Below, in pieces: positions 27,871 to 42,253 of a stretch of DNA of 64,000 nucleotides. Where the stretch lies: positions 25,668,001-25,732,000 of the forward strand of contig CM022670.1 in assembly GCA_012295275.1 (NCBI GenBank), read 5' to 3'. The DNA comes from Chrysomallon squamiferum (lineage: Eukaryota; Animalia; Mollusca). A program made the translations under genes and the position numbers. Below the pieces are notes generated by a model. That model was not told the DNA's origin, ran no database searches, and was given only the letters and a program-made list of their open reading frames with translations. Positions within the stretch are counted from its first letter, which is position 1. Every line of letters starts with the position of its first letter.

Positions 27871-29437
27871 GGTTTCAGAGCTCACGGATTCCTGCTATCT
27901 CGACAACGCTAGTGAAAAGATGATCTGCCTGAAGCTCACAGATTTCTGTCTTTTTAAGGCATGGCGACCAGGCCGTCACACCAATAAACTTTACTGCTTC
28001 ATTATAAACATGCTTTAAATTTCAATATTTTCACTATAAAGTGAAGCCCTATAGCGACCAACACGAATAAAAATAATATGAAGCATCCGAATATGAAATA
28101 TTCCATTGTTTTAATATCTCATTATACCGAAGTAGCCACATACCTCTGTGTACTGACCAAAGGAAAATAATCGAATGTATTTTGGAATTTGCATATACAA
28201 ATTTCATTGTCATAAAATTAGATTTATGCATTTAAAGTCGAATAGATAATGATTTGAAAAGATATTCTGAAAAATAATATATATATATATAATTTTTTTG
28301 TTATAGAAAGAAGATAATATAAAACTGACTTATTTATTTATATATTTTCAGTATAATACCAGATCTCTAAAATTAGAGATAAAGTTGCTTTTGTTTATTT
28401 TGTTCACTTATGATACACCTATATTAGTCATTACAATTATTTTAATTATTTCTTCTTTTTTTTTTTTTTTATTTTTTTATTTATTTAATTTTTTTTTTTG
28501 TTTTTTAGTTTTTGTGAATTCAAGGGCTTGTGGCATAGTTGTATGCTTTTGTTTCGTAAAACTTAGATAATAATGCTTTGAGTACAAAAATGTCTGACCG
28601 AAACAAAACATCATAATTAAAAAAACACCTACATAATAATATGTAAAACAAGTTAAAAAATAAATATTATAAATATTTTAAAACCGACAAAAATATACAA
28701 ACAAACAAACAGACAAACAAATAAACAAATAAATAAATAAATAAATAAAATTAAACTGAATAGAATTTTAAAAAAATACATAAATAAAAAATAAATAAAA
28801 CAAAATAATATACAAATAATATAATGTAGGAATTAAAAGACGATAAGAGTTAGATGATTAAAATGAATAAATAAATAAATAAATGAATAAAACAAAACAA
28901 AAACAAGACAAAACAAACAAACCAACAAGCAAACAAACAAGCCAACAAGCAAACAAACAACAACAACCCAAACAAACTATATTACGTGCAAATATATATG
29001 TACTGCATGCGCAATTACTGTTATAGCCTGAGACATGATGGTTTAGGATCAGTTCACCGTGGTCCTTCTTCCAGACAGCATTTCATGGCAGATTTATACA
29101 GTGGTATGTGTTTGTTATCTGTGATGTAACTGAATATAATAAATACTATATTGTTAACAGATTAGCGTAGTTACTGAATGGTGGCAGTTTACATGATCAT
29201 GAAATAATTAATTGCCTGAGGTTTGACATCAAATAGAAAAATGTATTGTAATGTTTTTATCATTCATTGATACAGCGCTGTGCAAAGAATCGTAATACTA
29301 CCAAAGATTAAGAAAAATTAGCATATAATAAACTTTAATTTAAAAAGTTATTAATATGTATTGTGTATTTTCCTATATTTTATTACATACACAAAGGCAA
29401 CGATACATAACTATTAGATTTTACATATAAATATATA

Positions 29438-29674
29438 GAGGCGTGTGCAAAAGTATGTATACAGTAGTATCACATCAGTGAATTCAGTAGCACATTAAAT
29501 TAGTTGGACTCATTTTTCTTATTTTGAGTGTCATTAACCATATTTTATTTTTTTATTAATTTAAATCAAATATGATTAATAACACTCAAAATAAGAAAAA
29601 TGAGTCCAACTAATTTAATGTGCTACTAAATTCACTGATGTGGTACTACTGTATACCTACTTTAGCACCCCTTG
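29438..29674. mobile_element. Fold-back MITE, Tc1/mariner-like ends
   Basis: Arms of ~110 bp are near-perfect inverted repeats (GTATACAGTAGTATCACATCAGTGAATT..GGACTCATTTTTCTTATTTTGAGTG vs its reverse complement). Flanked by TA; the right end reads TA-CAAGGGGTGC on the minus strand. Confidence 0.8.
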
Positions 29675-30456
29675 TAATATATATATATATATATAGAAAC
29701 GGATTAAAAAGTAAATAACAGTATTCTTTGGTTTGAATAAAAACATAGTACCCAGCTTATAACTGTGCTAAATACTTTTTACCAAACATAAGCTGAATAC
29801 TATTAGTACTTTCAGAACAGTGGAAAAAGTGACATATTCTTTGTATTATGCTGTTCTACAAGTTTATACTTTTACCTTACAATACCTGTAACGTCCTCTA
29901 TAAAATTTTCATTCCATAAAACATAATCTTATAAATAAGTTATCTAATGAAAAATTAAAGATCTCAGTCAGTGGGTAATTCCCACTTAAGAATATAACAC
30001 ACTAGACTTATGGTTTATCAAAGTTTTGGAAAAAAGTAATTTTTGTATTTGTCTGCTAAAGTGTTAGTTATTCTGAGTAAAAAATCCAGGGTGTGCAAAT
30101 TATATGAACTCGTATTATTTGCGACATCTTATATGGTTATTTTTATTATGTGATAATTATTTACTGATAGCAGTCGCCTAAATCATTATAGCAAAGAAGC
30201 ATATGTCTGATTTCTAAAAACCACTTTTTAAAAACGACTTATGTCTGAGGTGTCATTTATATGTATCAATCTATTAGTTTATATCTTTAAGATATAACAG
30301 TTGATACTGTTTCATGAAAACACTAGGTAACTAAATACAGCTTAAACAAAAGGATTGTTTGTTAGAAATGCACGAACGATTTCCTATACATTTCAGTTTG
30401 ATATTTCGTTCAATCTTTATAAGGGTAATTATGCTGGAAAAGTTATATTATATTAT

Positions 30457-30577
<121 letters not shown>

Positions 30578-31221
30578 GACTCACTTGGTCTCACTGTGGG
30601 TGGTAATATACTATTATGTATTATTCTCAGTCTGAGCTTTGCGTTTGAAACGCTTGCTTATAAAACCTACTTATTTCTAACAATTAACGTGTTGTATCCT
30701 ATATCTTGTAGGTAAATCTCCTTTTAACAATATATTTTCAACAGCAACAAAATGTCACCCATGTAATGCAATGTAAGGCTTTCCATATAGGATTTAGGTA
30801 GAAAAAATATTAATTAAACTACTTGTTTAAGAAGATGCTCTGTGTTAGACTGTTTTTAACATACATTAACCTCAGCTATTTCCAACTGTTTTTCATCTGA
30901 TGGTGAAGAAATGTAGTGTTTTTCTAGAGTTTCTTTAACAGTATCCATAAACATGAAAATTGTAATTTCTAAATATAAAATCAAAGACAAATAATATTTT
31001 AAATTTTATTCATTCAGTAATATACAAAATATAAACTTTCAAACATACAAATATAGGCTTCGTAAAAATCTAAATTTGTATCCCAGTATTTTTAATTTTT
31101 TATTTTTGATTATAGTTGATAGAAAAATATATATATTATATATTAAACGAAAACATTTATTTCATTTTCTTAAAAAAAAAAAATGAAATTTACTGCTGCA
31201 AACGGTTTTGTTTGCGCTTGT

Positions 31222-34190
31222 TTAATAAAGCCCTCGAGATCCACCATAATATCCACCTCGGTATCCTCCATAGCCGTTGTAACCATTAAATCCACGTCCA
31301 CCAATTCCTCGTCCAGCAATTCCAGCTCCGTGTCCATAACCATAACCGTTACCAAAACCAGCAATTCCATGTCCAGCATGCCCAAGCCCGGCCCGTCCTA
31401 TTCCATGACCAGTTCCGACAATTCCATTACCAAGTCCAGCGTATCCTGATCCATGACCTACTCCACTGAATCCAACGCCGTGTCCAGCACCAAAATGTCC
31501 GATACCATGTCCAGTTCCAGAATATCCAACGCCGTGTCCAGCACCAAGATGACCAATACCGTGACCAATTCCAGAATATCCAACGCCGTGTCCAGCACCA
31601 AGATGACCAATACCGTGACCAATTCCAGAATATCCAACGCCGTGTCCAGCACCAAGATGACCAATACCGTGACCAATTCCAGAATATCCAACGCCGTGTC
31701 CAGCACCAAGATGACCAATACCGTGACCAATTCCAGAATATCCAACGCCGTGTCCAGCACCAAGATGACCAATACCATGACCAATTCCAGAATATCCAAC
31801 GCCGTGTCCAGCACCAAGATAACCAATACCGTGACCAATTCCAGAATATCCAACGCCGTGTCCAGCACCAAGATGTCCGATTCCATGACCAGTACCGATA
31901 CTGTGTCCAAGGCCATGACCAACTCCAGCAAATCCAATTCCATGTCCAACACCTCCGATTCCAACACCGCGACCGAAACCATTTCCAATTCCAACTCCTA
32001 AGCTAGATCCATGTCCGGCATGCTGCACTGCATGGGAGCCTGCATTGTTGTAGGAACGGTCATCTTTTCCATAATGATGGGTCGCATAATCGTTCAAACC
32101 TTTGCTAATGGCAGCGTTTTTGTATCCGGCGTTGTGGTGTTTGGCATTTGCATTGTCGTGATTGTAATGTTTGGAAGCAGCATTTTTGTTGTCGTGGTAG
32201 TAATTCTGTCTGGCAGCATCCCCGACGTGAGCTTGGTTATGGTTGTTGTGTTTATAAGCTTGCTGGGCATGATTCTGAGAAGATTTGTCATTGTTGTGGG
32301 CCTGTGCCTGATGCTTGTTTTGATAGAAATTTTGACGATACTGTTTTGCAGCTCCGTTTTGATGATGTGCCTGGGTTCCGAATTGGTCGTTGTATTTCTT
32401 CCTGTTGTAGTTCAGGTTTTCGTAGTTGTTGCCACCGACTTTGTTGGAATGATGGAACTTTTTGTAAACTTTATGGTTTCTGGCTTTGTCATGATAAACA
32501 CGTTTCACGTTATTGGCGCTGTGTTTGTCTTGGTAAAGATCGTGATTAGCGGCGGCAGCAGCATATCCAGAAAGAGCATCAGCGGCTTTGTGTGCGTACC
32601 CTTTGGTGTTAGCAGCAGCAGCTGCAGCATCATGATGGAAAGCGTTGTTGTGAGCAGAACCATCATTGGCTTTGAAGTGGCTGGCATCGTGACCGTTGTT
32701 GTATTTGTTCTCATGGTAGGCAGCGTTTACTTTATCGTTAAGATGGTCGTAAGATTTAAGTCCATATTTGCCTGCTTTGTGTGAGTTATGGTTGGCAGCT
32801 GTTCCATACTGAGATGCAGCTTTTCCGTAACCTCCATAAGCAGCACCGCGGCCTCCATATCCGTTACCTTTACCTCCGTAGCCGTAACCCTTGCCATATC
32901 CAGCGCCAACACCGTGTCCACCATGGAGACGGGCAAAATCGTGGGCATTGTGGGCAGCAGCATTGACAGCGGATTTTCTATTCAGTATAGCATCATTTGC
33001 AGCGTAATCGTCGTATTTATTGGCATGGGTATCATGACCTAGATCGTGGTATTTGCTGCTTCCAGCATCTCGTCCATATTTGGAATCATAAGCCCGACTT
33101 CCAGCTCCTGCTTTAGCATAGTGAGCAGCATTGGCGCCATATTTACCATCGCCGTAGTGTTTCTTAGCTGCGAGACTTCCGTATTTGCTGTCCTTCAGTG
33201 CATGAGCCCGGTTGATGTTGTGACGTTTGTGGGCGTGGTCACCGTATTTTCGGTTGGCTGCATCATGGTGATCTCTGTAGTCATCCAAGCTGCGTTGATC
33301 GTTATGTTCGTTGATGACGTAGTCACCATTATCATCAGTGTATTTGTTGTATTTCTTATTAAAACCATACTTGACACCATCGTTGTAGAGGTTACCTTTG
33401 CCATAATAATCATTATTATTGTATTTGGAGTTAGCAGCAGACTTAGCAGCGCCATCATTGCGTTTGAATGCAGACTGATCTCTGTCGTGATAACCAGCAT
33501 AAGTTTTGTGAGCCGCAGCTCTGTTGGCATGATTATCAGCGGCTAGTGCTTGAGCACCATAATGATCAACTTCACCGCCATTTCTGGCCAGAGCTCCATG
33601 TGCTTCGGATGCATATTTTCCTTCTCTGTCAGCGTATCGGCCGCCATCAGTTCTGTAGCCTTTTCTCTGAGCGTCATGCTGTCTGTGAAGCCGACTTCCA
33701 TCATTTAGGCCATACCTGTTTTGTCCATAGTTATTCTGTCCATAGATGGTCCCAGTTTTTCCATAACCACCACCATTGAGATAGCTGCTGGCAGCAACGG
33801 CGAAACAACCAAAGGAAATAATAGCTAAAACACCCTTAAAACAAAATAGAGAAATTGAGAAAATGATTAAGTTGGTATTTCTTCTATAAACATGTAGTTT
33901 CATAATTATCTTTTGTTTCACAAACATCCACTGAATAAAATAATTCTATACCTATCAAATGATATTGGAGTATATTTTGATTCTTCCACATAGATAAAAT
34001 TAATAACATTTAATAACAAAAAGAAAAAATGACAACAAAAGCAAAGATTATCTTTTAGTAAAGAAAATATTTCTGTTTAAAACATATTTGGTACAGTATA
34101 AATAAGTATAGTTCTTAATGCTTTACAAAAACAAAATTTTCGTTGGACGTAAGCCTGAACGTAAGTTGCCTGAATGTAAGTTACCTTCAT
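31222..34190 (-). CDS. Secreted His/Tyr/Gly/Asn-rich structural protein, paralogue C (~872 aa) with a GHG-repeat tail
   Basis: Exon 1 ATG AAG|GT at 34190-34185; exon 2 33834-31222 (871 codons including stop). Signal peptide MKGVLAIISFGCFAVAAS; TATA-like TTTAAAA ~34266-34260; AATAAA ~31161-31156. Confidence 0.92.
31459..31890 (-). repeat. Coding minisatellite, 8 x 54 bp (GHGIGHLGAGHGVGYSGI)
   Basis: Unit CCAGAATATCCAACGCCGTGTCCAGCACCAAGATGACCAATACCGTGACCAATT is repeated almost perfectly. Confidence 0.95.
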
Positions 34191-34970
34191 CTTGTAAAGC
34201 TAGCAGATGCTTGCTTCTCACGCAATATTGACAATACTAACAAGGTCGTCTCATCTCCCTTTTAAAAGAAAAGAAAATCTCATAAAGTCTGTACCTGCCT
34301 AATGAGATGCATTACTGAAAAACTCAGAGCTCGATCTTTTCGAGTTTATTTCGGAATCGTGGGGATTTATTGACCCATATAGAGTTTATTTATTGCGATA
34401 ATTAATCTTACTTAAATTTTAGTAGTGATTCTGAAAGCAGCTGAGCTTTGATTAAGTTTTTCGTTACAACGTGAAGCGTGCACTTTATGCATTTTGTGGA
34501 TCTGATAGTATAATTAACTTTTATTACTGTCTATTGGTTAAGTGCATGTTTTCATGGGGGATAACTACCGGTCATATGGTGATTTTGGCCTCTAGAATAA
34601 ATAATAGGATCTCGTCTAAAATGATTAGAGTAACTAATATTCAATCAGATTTAAGAAATGGAAGGATGCAACGCTTTTCTGTTAACTCTCTGAAGAGACC
34701 ACAGTTATTATTTATTATTTTAGAAATGTTTTTGCATGTTCTGTTCTGTTGACAAAACGTTAGTAATAGAAATTGGAGAGATTTATTTAGGCATTTCAGT
34801 GATTTTTTACATCTTTATTTCTAATTTTACTAATCTGTGATGTATAACAGGAAAGAAATATTTGTATCCATAAACTTAATTTAATGTTATTACAAAGTTT
34901 TTCTTTATGTTATTTTATGTTATGTTATGTTATGTTATGTTATGTTATATTATGTTATGTTATTATATTA

Positions 34971-35196
34971 CATGGCCGTAACTAGACTTTTTTTAAATGA
35001 GGCAAAAACACTTAAAATTAGGGCGAGGAATCTGCGGACCATCTAAAGCCCCAGATGCTCCGACTTGAAAGACGCAAAATCCTCGATTCTAGCCATTTAT
35101 GTTTCATAAATAAAATCCATAACAAATAAAATTAAAAAGTCGTCAATTTCGGTATACGGCATTTGTCTCATTTGCCTCAATGTAGTTACCGCCATA
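34971..35196. mobile_element. Non-autonomous DNA transposon (MITE), ~226 bp
   Basis: Terminal inverted repeats CATGGCCGTAACTA ... TAGTTACCGCCATA; subterminal TGAGGCAAA / TTTGCCTCA; both sides flanked by TATTATATTA (possible TSD but low complexity). Confidence 0.7.
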
Positions 35197-35292
35197 TATT
35201 ATATTATATTATCACCATCATTATCATATCGTATCATCATCGTTGTCAGCATCATCATCATGATCATTATTATTATTAATATTATTAGTATT

Positions 35293-35367
<75 letters not shown>

Positions 35368-36765
35368 TACATATTTATTTTCTTACTGTATTTATTGATA
35401 TATTTTATTTGTATAAATGCACATCGCACAAAAAAAAAATTAAATATGTGTATATTCTGATAAAATATCGAGTTTATGAAAATGTATTTAAAAGAAACAA
35501 ACTGATGAAAATATACTATATAATATAAATGCCTTTATATACTGATTAACTCTGTTGAATTTGGAAATACATTTCAGAGTGAAAAATGTTTCAACATCCA
35601 TCAGACCACTGAGACTGGTCGGATTAAAACAAAAGAGGTGCTTTTGTTGTTGCTTCTGTTTAGTTGTTTGTTTGTTTGTTTGTTTGTTTTTGTTTGTTTT
35701 TGTGTTTCGGTTTTGATGGGAAGTATAGTTAGTGTTTCGTTAAGTATTCAGTATCAGTTAACAGAAGGAAAAAATGTAGCCTATTTGCTTACGACTTCTT
35801 ATGTTTTTAATTTTAGATTTCTATGAATACTTAAACTTAATTATACATTCAAAATGAATCAACTGTAATTTAAACAATCGAGCAAACGATATTCGGATCT
35901 TTGATAACCAACAAATGAAATAATTATAAATTAATCTAACAATTAATAAGAATAATGATGATGCATCAGCATTTAAAAATAATAAAAAGATGGTTAAAAT
36001 TAATAAAAGAAAAAGAACAAGAGGAAGAACAATATAATGTTCCACACCTGTTAATTCTAATATTTCAAATGAAGACAAAATGTGCAGGTTGCTACAGCAT
36101 TATTTTATTTGTTATTTCTACAAACTACAATTTTATCTCATTATACAGTGTAGTCTAGAAATATCGAGAGTTATCGACAGCGAAAATGTTTTATAAAAAT
36201 CATGAGCCAAATTTAAATATTTACGATGATGTTTTATGTAATGTAAACGAATATGACGGGGAGACTGTAGAGGGTATCTGAGAGGTAATGAGTTACTGGA
36301 TCCACTCTCATCAGTGGATTCACACGGTTATAACATGTCCTGTAGAATGTCAAACGGCTGGTTTATAAACAGTAATGAAATATGATTTCCTGTATATGGA
36401 AATGCATATATAAAAAAGTCGAGGTTTTCTCTTTAATTATCTATGGACCTTAACCATAATTAATAATAATTTAGTATGACATAATGTAACTGTACATTAG
36501 AAATGTGACCAGTACATCGTTAAATATAATATTTGCCTTAACTTCAACGTGCTTGTTCATTTCTATTTGTATTAATTTTTAAAGAGAACAAATTCGCTTG
36601 TGTTATATGTTAGGTGATTTAGTATATCTCAAGTCTCAGTGGATATGTAATTCATACTGGACGATACTTATTCATTCGTTTACTCAGACATTTTCCCTGT
36701 GGTTTACAATCCATTTTCAAATATATTCTTCTTATCTATAAAATAGACATTCAGAACATTGGAAA

Positions 36766-36767
<2 letters not shown>

Positions 36768-36825
<58 letters not shown>

Positions 36826-37044
36826 CACCATTATTATCATCATAATCATTATTATTATTATCATCATTATTATATTATTGTTATCATTATCATTATTATT
36901 ATTATCATTGTTATTATTATCATTATCAACAACATCATCATCATTATTATTATCATCATCATAATGATTATTATTATTATGATCATTATTATATTATTGT
37001 TATTATTATCATCATCATCAACATCATCATCATCATCATCATCA

Positions 37045-37075
<31 letters not shown>
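36768..37075. repeat. Compound (ATT)n/(ATC)n microsatellite
   Basis: About 300 bp of mixed trinucleotide repeats. Confidence 0.9.
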
Positions 37076-37244
37076 GAGGAGTCAAAGGGTCATATATTTT
37101 AGTTGCGCTCTAAGTTCTTAGCTTTCTTAAAGGAAACACATACGCGCGTGCTCATATACACACAAACACATAAAACGCACGCACGCAGATCCATATAGAT
37201 ATATGTGAACACACAGAGACAGATTAATATTCACTTAATCTCAT

Positions 37245-37590
37245 ATTCACTCATGTAAAAGTTTACAGTTTGCTTAGCTGTTTTATTTCAGTATTTTATT
37301 GGTAAATTTTGAACTAGTAATCAAGCAAAATTATTGTTTCTTTCTTTTTCAGCGTTCTTTTCTTCTTTTAATTTTAAAAATCAATTTCAGTGGACTCCTC
37401 ATTAAAACATTCACTCAAGTAAAAGTTTACAGTTTACTCAGTTGTTTCAGTTCAGTATTTTATTAATAACTGTTGAATGAATAGTAAAGCAAAATTATTA
37501 TTTCTTTTTTTTTCTTTTTGTTTCTATTTTTATCGTTGATTTTTTTTTTTTACTAATTTTTAAGATCAAATTAGGTGAACTCCACATTAA
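37245..37590. repeat. Diverged two-copy ~163-bp local duplication
   Basis: ATTCACTCA(T/A)GTAAAAGTTTACAGTTT..TTCAGTATTTTATT..AAGCAAAATTATT occurs at ~37245 and ~37409. Confidence 0.7.
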
Positions 37591-38400
37591 CACATGAAAG
37601 CAGCTTTCTTCGTAAAAACTGGTCACGTGCTTCGATAATCCTAATAAACTGAGTAATTATCACAGGTTGTTGATCGAAAATGTATTTCACAAGCTGAACA
37701 GATTTATTGTTTGATGACAGTTTCATTTAAACAAACTGATGTTTGTGTCACTGATGAATTGGCGGAAATGGAGTTGTGTTTTTTTTAAACCAAAATACTC
37801 AAAACTGTCTAAGAAACGCTTAAGACTGAACCAGTGATTTTTTACTTTTCCATGTATTATTTCTATATAAATGAAATTAGAAAAGCGAAAGAAAAATGAA
37901 AATGAGAAAATCTAAATGAAATCTTTGTGTTAAAAAGGATATTTTATATACAATACGTTCGTCATAGTCGATTATATAGAGAGCGAGAGAGAAGGAGAGA
38001 GATAAAACAAAAAAATTAATACAATAATAATGGTATATATGCATTTCTTATCTGATTGAATAAGTAATTTCAAATGATTAAATTCAACAATTGTTAAATA
38101 CTTTACATTCCTTAACATTACGTATAGAGAATATTTCGATATTTTTGCTATCCTTTTAAAATGTTGCATTTAATCTGTTGATACTGTTATTGAGAATTAA
38201 TTAACAGATAAATAAATTACATATGTGCAACATCAATATACTGTAATAGCCTCCTTCGGTAATACTGCCAAGAAAATTAATATAACGACGATTTATTTTA
38301 CTGTACCAAGATATTTATAAATGTCCAATTCTTAAACTTTCTTGCGATAGACACTTCATATGGAAACTGAATTGTAATGCGGTAATAATAATAATAATAA

Positions 38401-38431
<31 letters not shown>

Positions 38432-39003
38432 AAGAAGAAGAAGAAGAAGAAGAAGAAGAAGAAGAAGAAGAAGAAAGAAAGAAAGAAGAAGAAGAAGAGA
38501 ACAAGAACAAGAACAAAAAGAAGAATACTCGAAGAAGAAGGATGATAATCATGATAATAATAATAACAAACAAATAGTAGTTATATCTGCAATTTTATTA
38601 TCGATATTATAGTATACAAAATATAAAATATACAAAACTGAAAACATCTTTCACCCAAACCTAAGTGCATGTTTATAGTGATACCCAGAGCTGTTTTACT
38701 TCCTTTCTTCTGTAATTTATTACTTTTAATAACATTTTCTATACAATCAGATTTTTTTTTCTATAGCCAAGGTAAAAGCTTAATTTTATTAATGGAATGT
38801 AAACTCAGCAAAAAGTAATATTTAGTTACATATAAAATAATTTTCACTATGTAAATCAGGAAATTTAGATATATTAATTCTTTTTTTTTTTTTTTAAGAA
38901 TTGGAAACTTTTAACATTATTATTTGGCTTTCTGTTTAAAAGTATAATTAATTTATTTCAAAAACACTTTTAAACTGTCTTTCCCACTGCATTAAAATTA
39001 ATT

Positions 39004-41498
39004 TTAATGGAAGCCATAATAGCCGCCATTGTACCCGCCGCGGTATCCACCATTACCATTATAACCATTAAATCCTTGCCCGCCAAATCCACGGCCATTA
39101 AAACCACGTCCGCCAAATCCACGTCCAATTCCAGCATAGCCGTTGTTATATCCATAACCATGTGCCAAGCCAGTTCCTACGACCCCTCGGTGAGCTCCAG
39201 CAAATCCTAATCCATGTCCAATACCAGCAATTCCAGCTCCATGTCCAACACCTCCGATTCCAACACCGCGTCCGAAACCATTTCCAATTCCAACTCCTAC
39301 GCTAGGTGCATGTCTGGCCTGATGCACTGCATGGGAGCCTGCATTCTTGTAGGATCGAGCATCTTTTCCGTAATGATGGGCAGCATAATCGTTCAAACCT
39401 TTGCTGTTGGCAGCGCTTTTGTATCCGGCGTTGTGGTGTTTGGCATTTGCATTGTCGTGGTTGTAATGTTTGGAAGCAGCATTTTTGTTGTCGTGGTAGT
39501 AATTCTGTCTGGCAGCATCCCCGGCTTGAGCTTGTTTATGACTGTTGTGTTTATAAGCTTGCTGGGCATGATTCTGAGAAGATTTGTCATTGTTGTGGGC
39601 CTGTGCCTGATGCTTGTTTTGATACAAACTTTGATGGTACCGTTTTGCAGCTCCGTTTTGATGATGTGCCTGGGTTCCAAATTGGTCATTGTATTTCTTC
39701 CTGTTGTAGTTGAGGTTTTCGTAGTTGTTTCCTCCAGCATTGTTGGAATGATGGAACTTTTTGTAAACCTTGTGGTTGCTGGCTTTGTCGTGATAGACAC
39801 GTTTCAGATTATTGGCGCTGTGTTTGTCTTGATAGAGATCATGATTAGCGGCGGCAGCAGCATATCCAGAAAGAGCATCAGCGGCTTTGTGTGCGTACCC
39901 TTTGGTGTTAGCAGCAGCAGCTGCAGCATCATGATGGAAAGCGTTGTTGTGAGCAGAACCATCGTTGGCTTTGAAGTGGCTGGCATCGTGACCGTTGTTG
40001 TATTTGTTCTCATGGTAGGCAGCGTTTACTTTATCGTTAAGATGGTCGTTGGTTTTAAGTCCATATTTGCCTGCTCTGTGTGAGTCATGGTTGGCAGCTG
40101 TTCCATACTGAGATGCAGCTTTTCCGTAACCTCCATAAGCAGCACCTCGGCCTGCAAGGCCGTGACCTTTACCGTATGGTCTGTATCCAGCGCCGTAGCC
40201 GCGACCCCCGTGAAGACGAGCATAATCGTGAGCATCCTGAGCAGCAGATCTTGCTGCAGACTTCCTACTAAGTGCAGCATCGCGTGCGGCGAAATCGTCG
40301 TATTTGTTGGCGTGAGCATCATGAGCTTGATCGTGGTATTTACTGCTTCCGGCATCATGTCCGTATTTGGCATCATAAGCCCGACTTCCAGCTCCTGCTT
40401 TAGCATTGTGAGCAGCATTGGCGCCATATTTACCATCATTGTAATGTTTCTTGGCTGCGAGATTTCCATATTTGCTGTCCTTCAGTGCGTGAGCTCGGTT
40501 GCTGTTGTGACGTTTTTGGGCGTGGTCTCCGTATTTTCGGTTGCCTGCATCATGATGATCTCTGTAGTCATCCAGACTGTGCTGATCGTTGTGTTCGTTG
40601 ATGACGTAGTCTCCGTTATCGTTGGCATGTTTGTTGTATTTCTTGTTAAAGCCATATTTGACACCATCGTTGTAAACGTCACCCTTTCTGTAGTAGCTAT
40701 TCTTGTTGTATTTAGAATTAGCTGCGGTTTTGTCAGCACCGTCTTTGCGGTTGAAAGCAGCTTGATCTCCATCGTGGTATCTAGCATAATTCTGGTGTGC
40801 AGCAGCGTTTTTCCCGTAGTCGGAGACTCCGGCAGCTTTGTGACCGTAATGATTGGCTGCAGCGTTATTCTTTGAATTAGCTCCATGGGCAGCGTTGGAG
40901 TACTGGCCTTCTCTGTCTGCGTAGTAACCACCGTTGACGTTGTATCTGTTTCCATGTGCATTGTGTGCTCCATATACACGTCTGCCATTATCTAGACCAT
41001 AGTTATTTCCTCCGTAGTTATGATGACCATAGGCAGCTCCAGCATTTCCGTAACCATCACCAACATGCCCAACAAGATAGCTGCTGGCAGCGGCTGCGAC
41101 ACAGACAAAAGCGACAGCGGCAAAAAGACCCTGTACAAAAACAATTTAGTAGAATTATGTTTGTTATTAATTATATTAAAATAGCAAGCAGTAAATGAAT
41201 AAAAAGAACGAAATAATCTTTTATATCAGTAAAAAATATATTTTTAAGAAATTAATAATAATAATAATGATGATAATAATAATAAAAATAAAAATAATAA
41301 TAATAATAATAATAAGAAGAAGAAGAAGAAGAAGAAGAAGAATTCACTTCACATGCAGAACTACAATGTACCATGAAGCTATATCATTGCTTAAAGTTTA
41401 TGTTTAAAAGGATTTTATTTTAAAACAGATTTCATTTGTACCAATAAACGATGTCTTCTATCCACTTTTATGAAATATTATTGTTGTGGTTATCAAAT

Positions 41499-41553
<55 letters not shown>

Positions 41554-41649
41554 TACTACTACTACTACTATTATTAAACAGATAACGAAAACAAACCAAA
41601 TAAGACAATATATTCTGACATTCTTATTTTCTATACTTCTTACCTTCAT
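39004..41649 (-). CDS. Secreted His/Tyr/Gly/Asn-rich structural protein, paralogue D (~710 aa)
   Basis: Exon 1 ATG AAG|GTAAG at 41649-41644; exon 2 41130-39004 (709 codons including stop; the ORF track shows only the last 207 aa because no in-frame start codon precedes it). Signal peptide MKGLFAAVAFVCVAAAAS; TATAAG at 41721-41716; closely homologous to paralogue C. Confidence 0.92.
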
Positions 41650-41715
41650 GTTTGCAGACGCTTACTTTCCAGTGAACAGAAGAAGATACTTAACGAACAG
41701 ATCGTCATTAGCTCC

Positions 41716-41742
41716 CTTATAAAGAAAACTGACTCTCGTAAA
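41716..41742 (-). promoter_or_regulatory. TATA box and CTCGTAAA motif of paralogue D
   Basis: TATAAGGG about 70 bp upstream of the ATG; the layout matches the paralogue C promoter (CCCTTTTAAAAGAAAA..TCTCATAAA). Confidence 0.55.
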
Positions 41743-42152
41743 CTTTACACAGTGATAATGAGATGCCGGTTTGCAAGGAACGCTCCGGCCACTGTTTGCA
41801 ATTGGTAATACGTCCATTGGGTATCGTGGCGATTTATGGGGCCATCTGAATAAATTTTCATACATATTTTATATTAGTTTACTAGAAACAAGTAAGCTTA
41901 TTTAAATAATTTAATTCACGGTCAGCTATATGAATGCTAATTTACTCTAAAAATGAGAAATTTGCATTTTGTTATCTGTCGTTATTGTGGATATTGTTAG
42001 TTTATTTAGTATTTATTTCATTCAAAATGATAAGATCATTGATGAGCAGGTGGTTAAAAATCAGGTCACCTTCTTGACCTGTATAAAATTATACATATTT
42101 TCAAATGTGCACTCTGTTATCTGTTAATATATGTAATGTAGAATGGGAAAAT

Positions 42153-42253
<101 letters not shown>

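Noticed and set aside
31453-32001. Regular 54-bp repeats (and the 51-bp repeats at 59.4-60.4 kb) as a possible CRISPR array
   Set aside because: There are no unique spacers, unit lengths are multiples of 3 inside ORFs, the context is eukaryotic, and there are no cas genes.
33835-33927. N-terminal 31 aa of the listed 901-aa ORF
   Set aside because: This is intronic. The acceptor at 33835/33834 and the MK micro-exon at 34190 match the paralogues.
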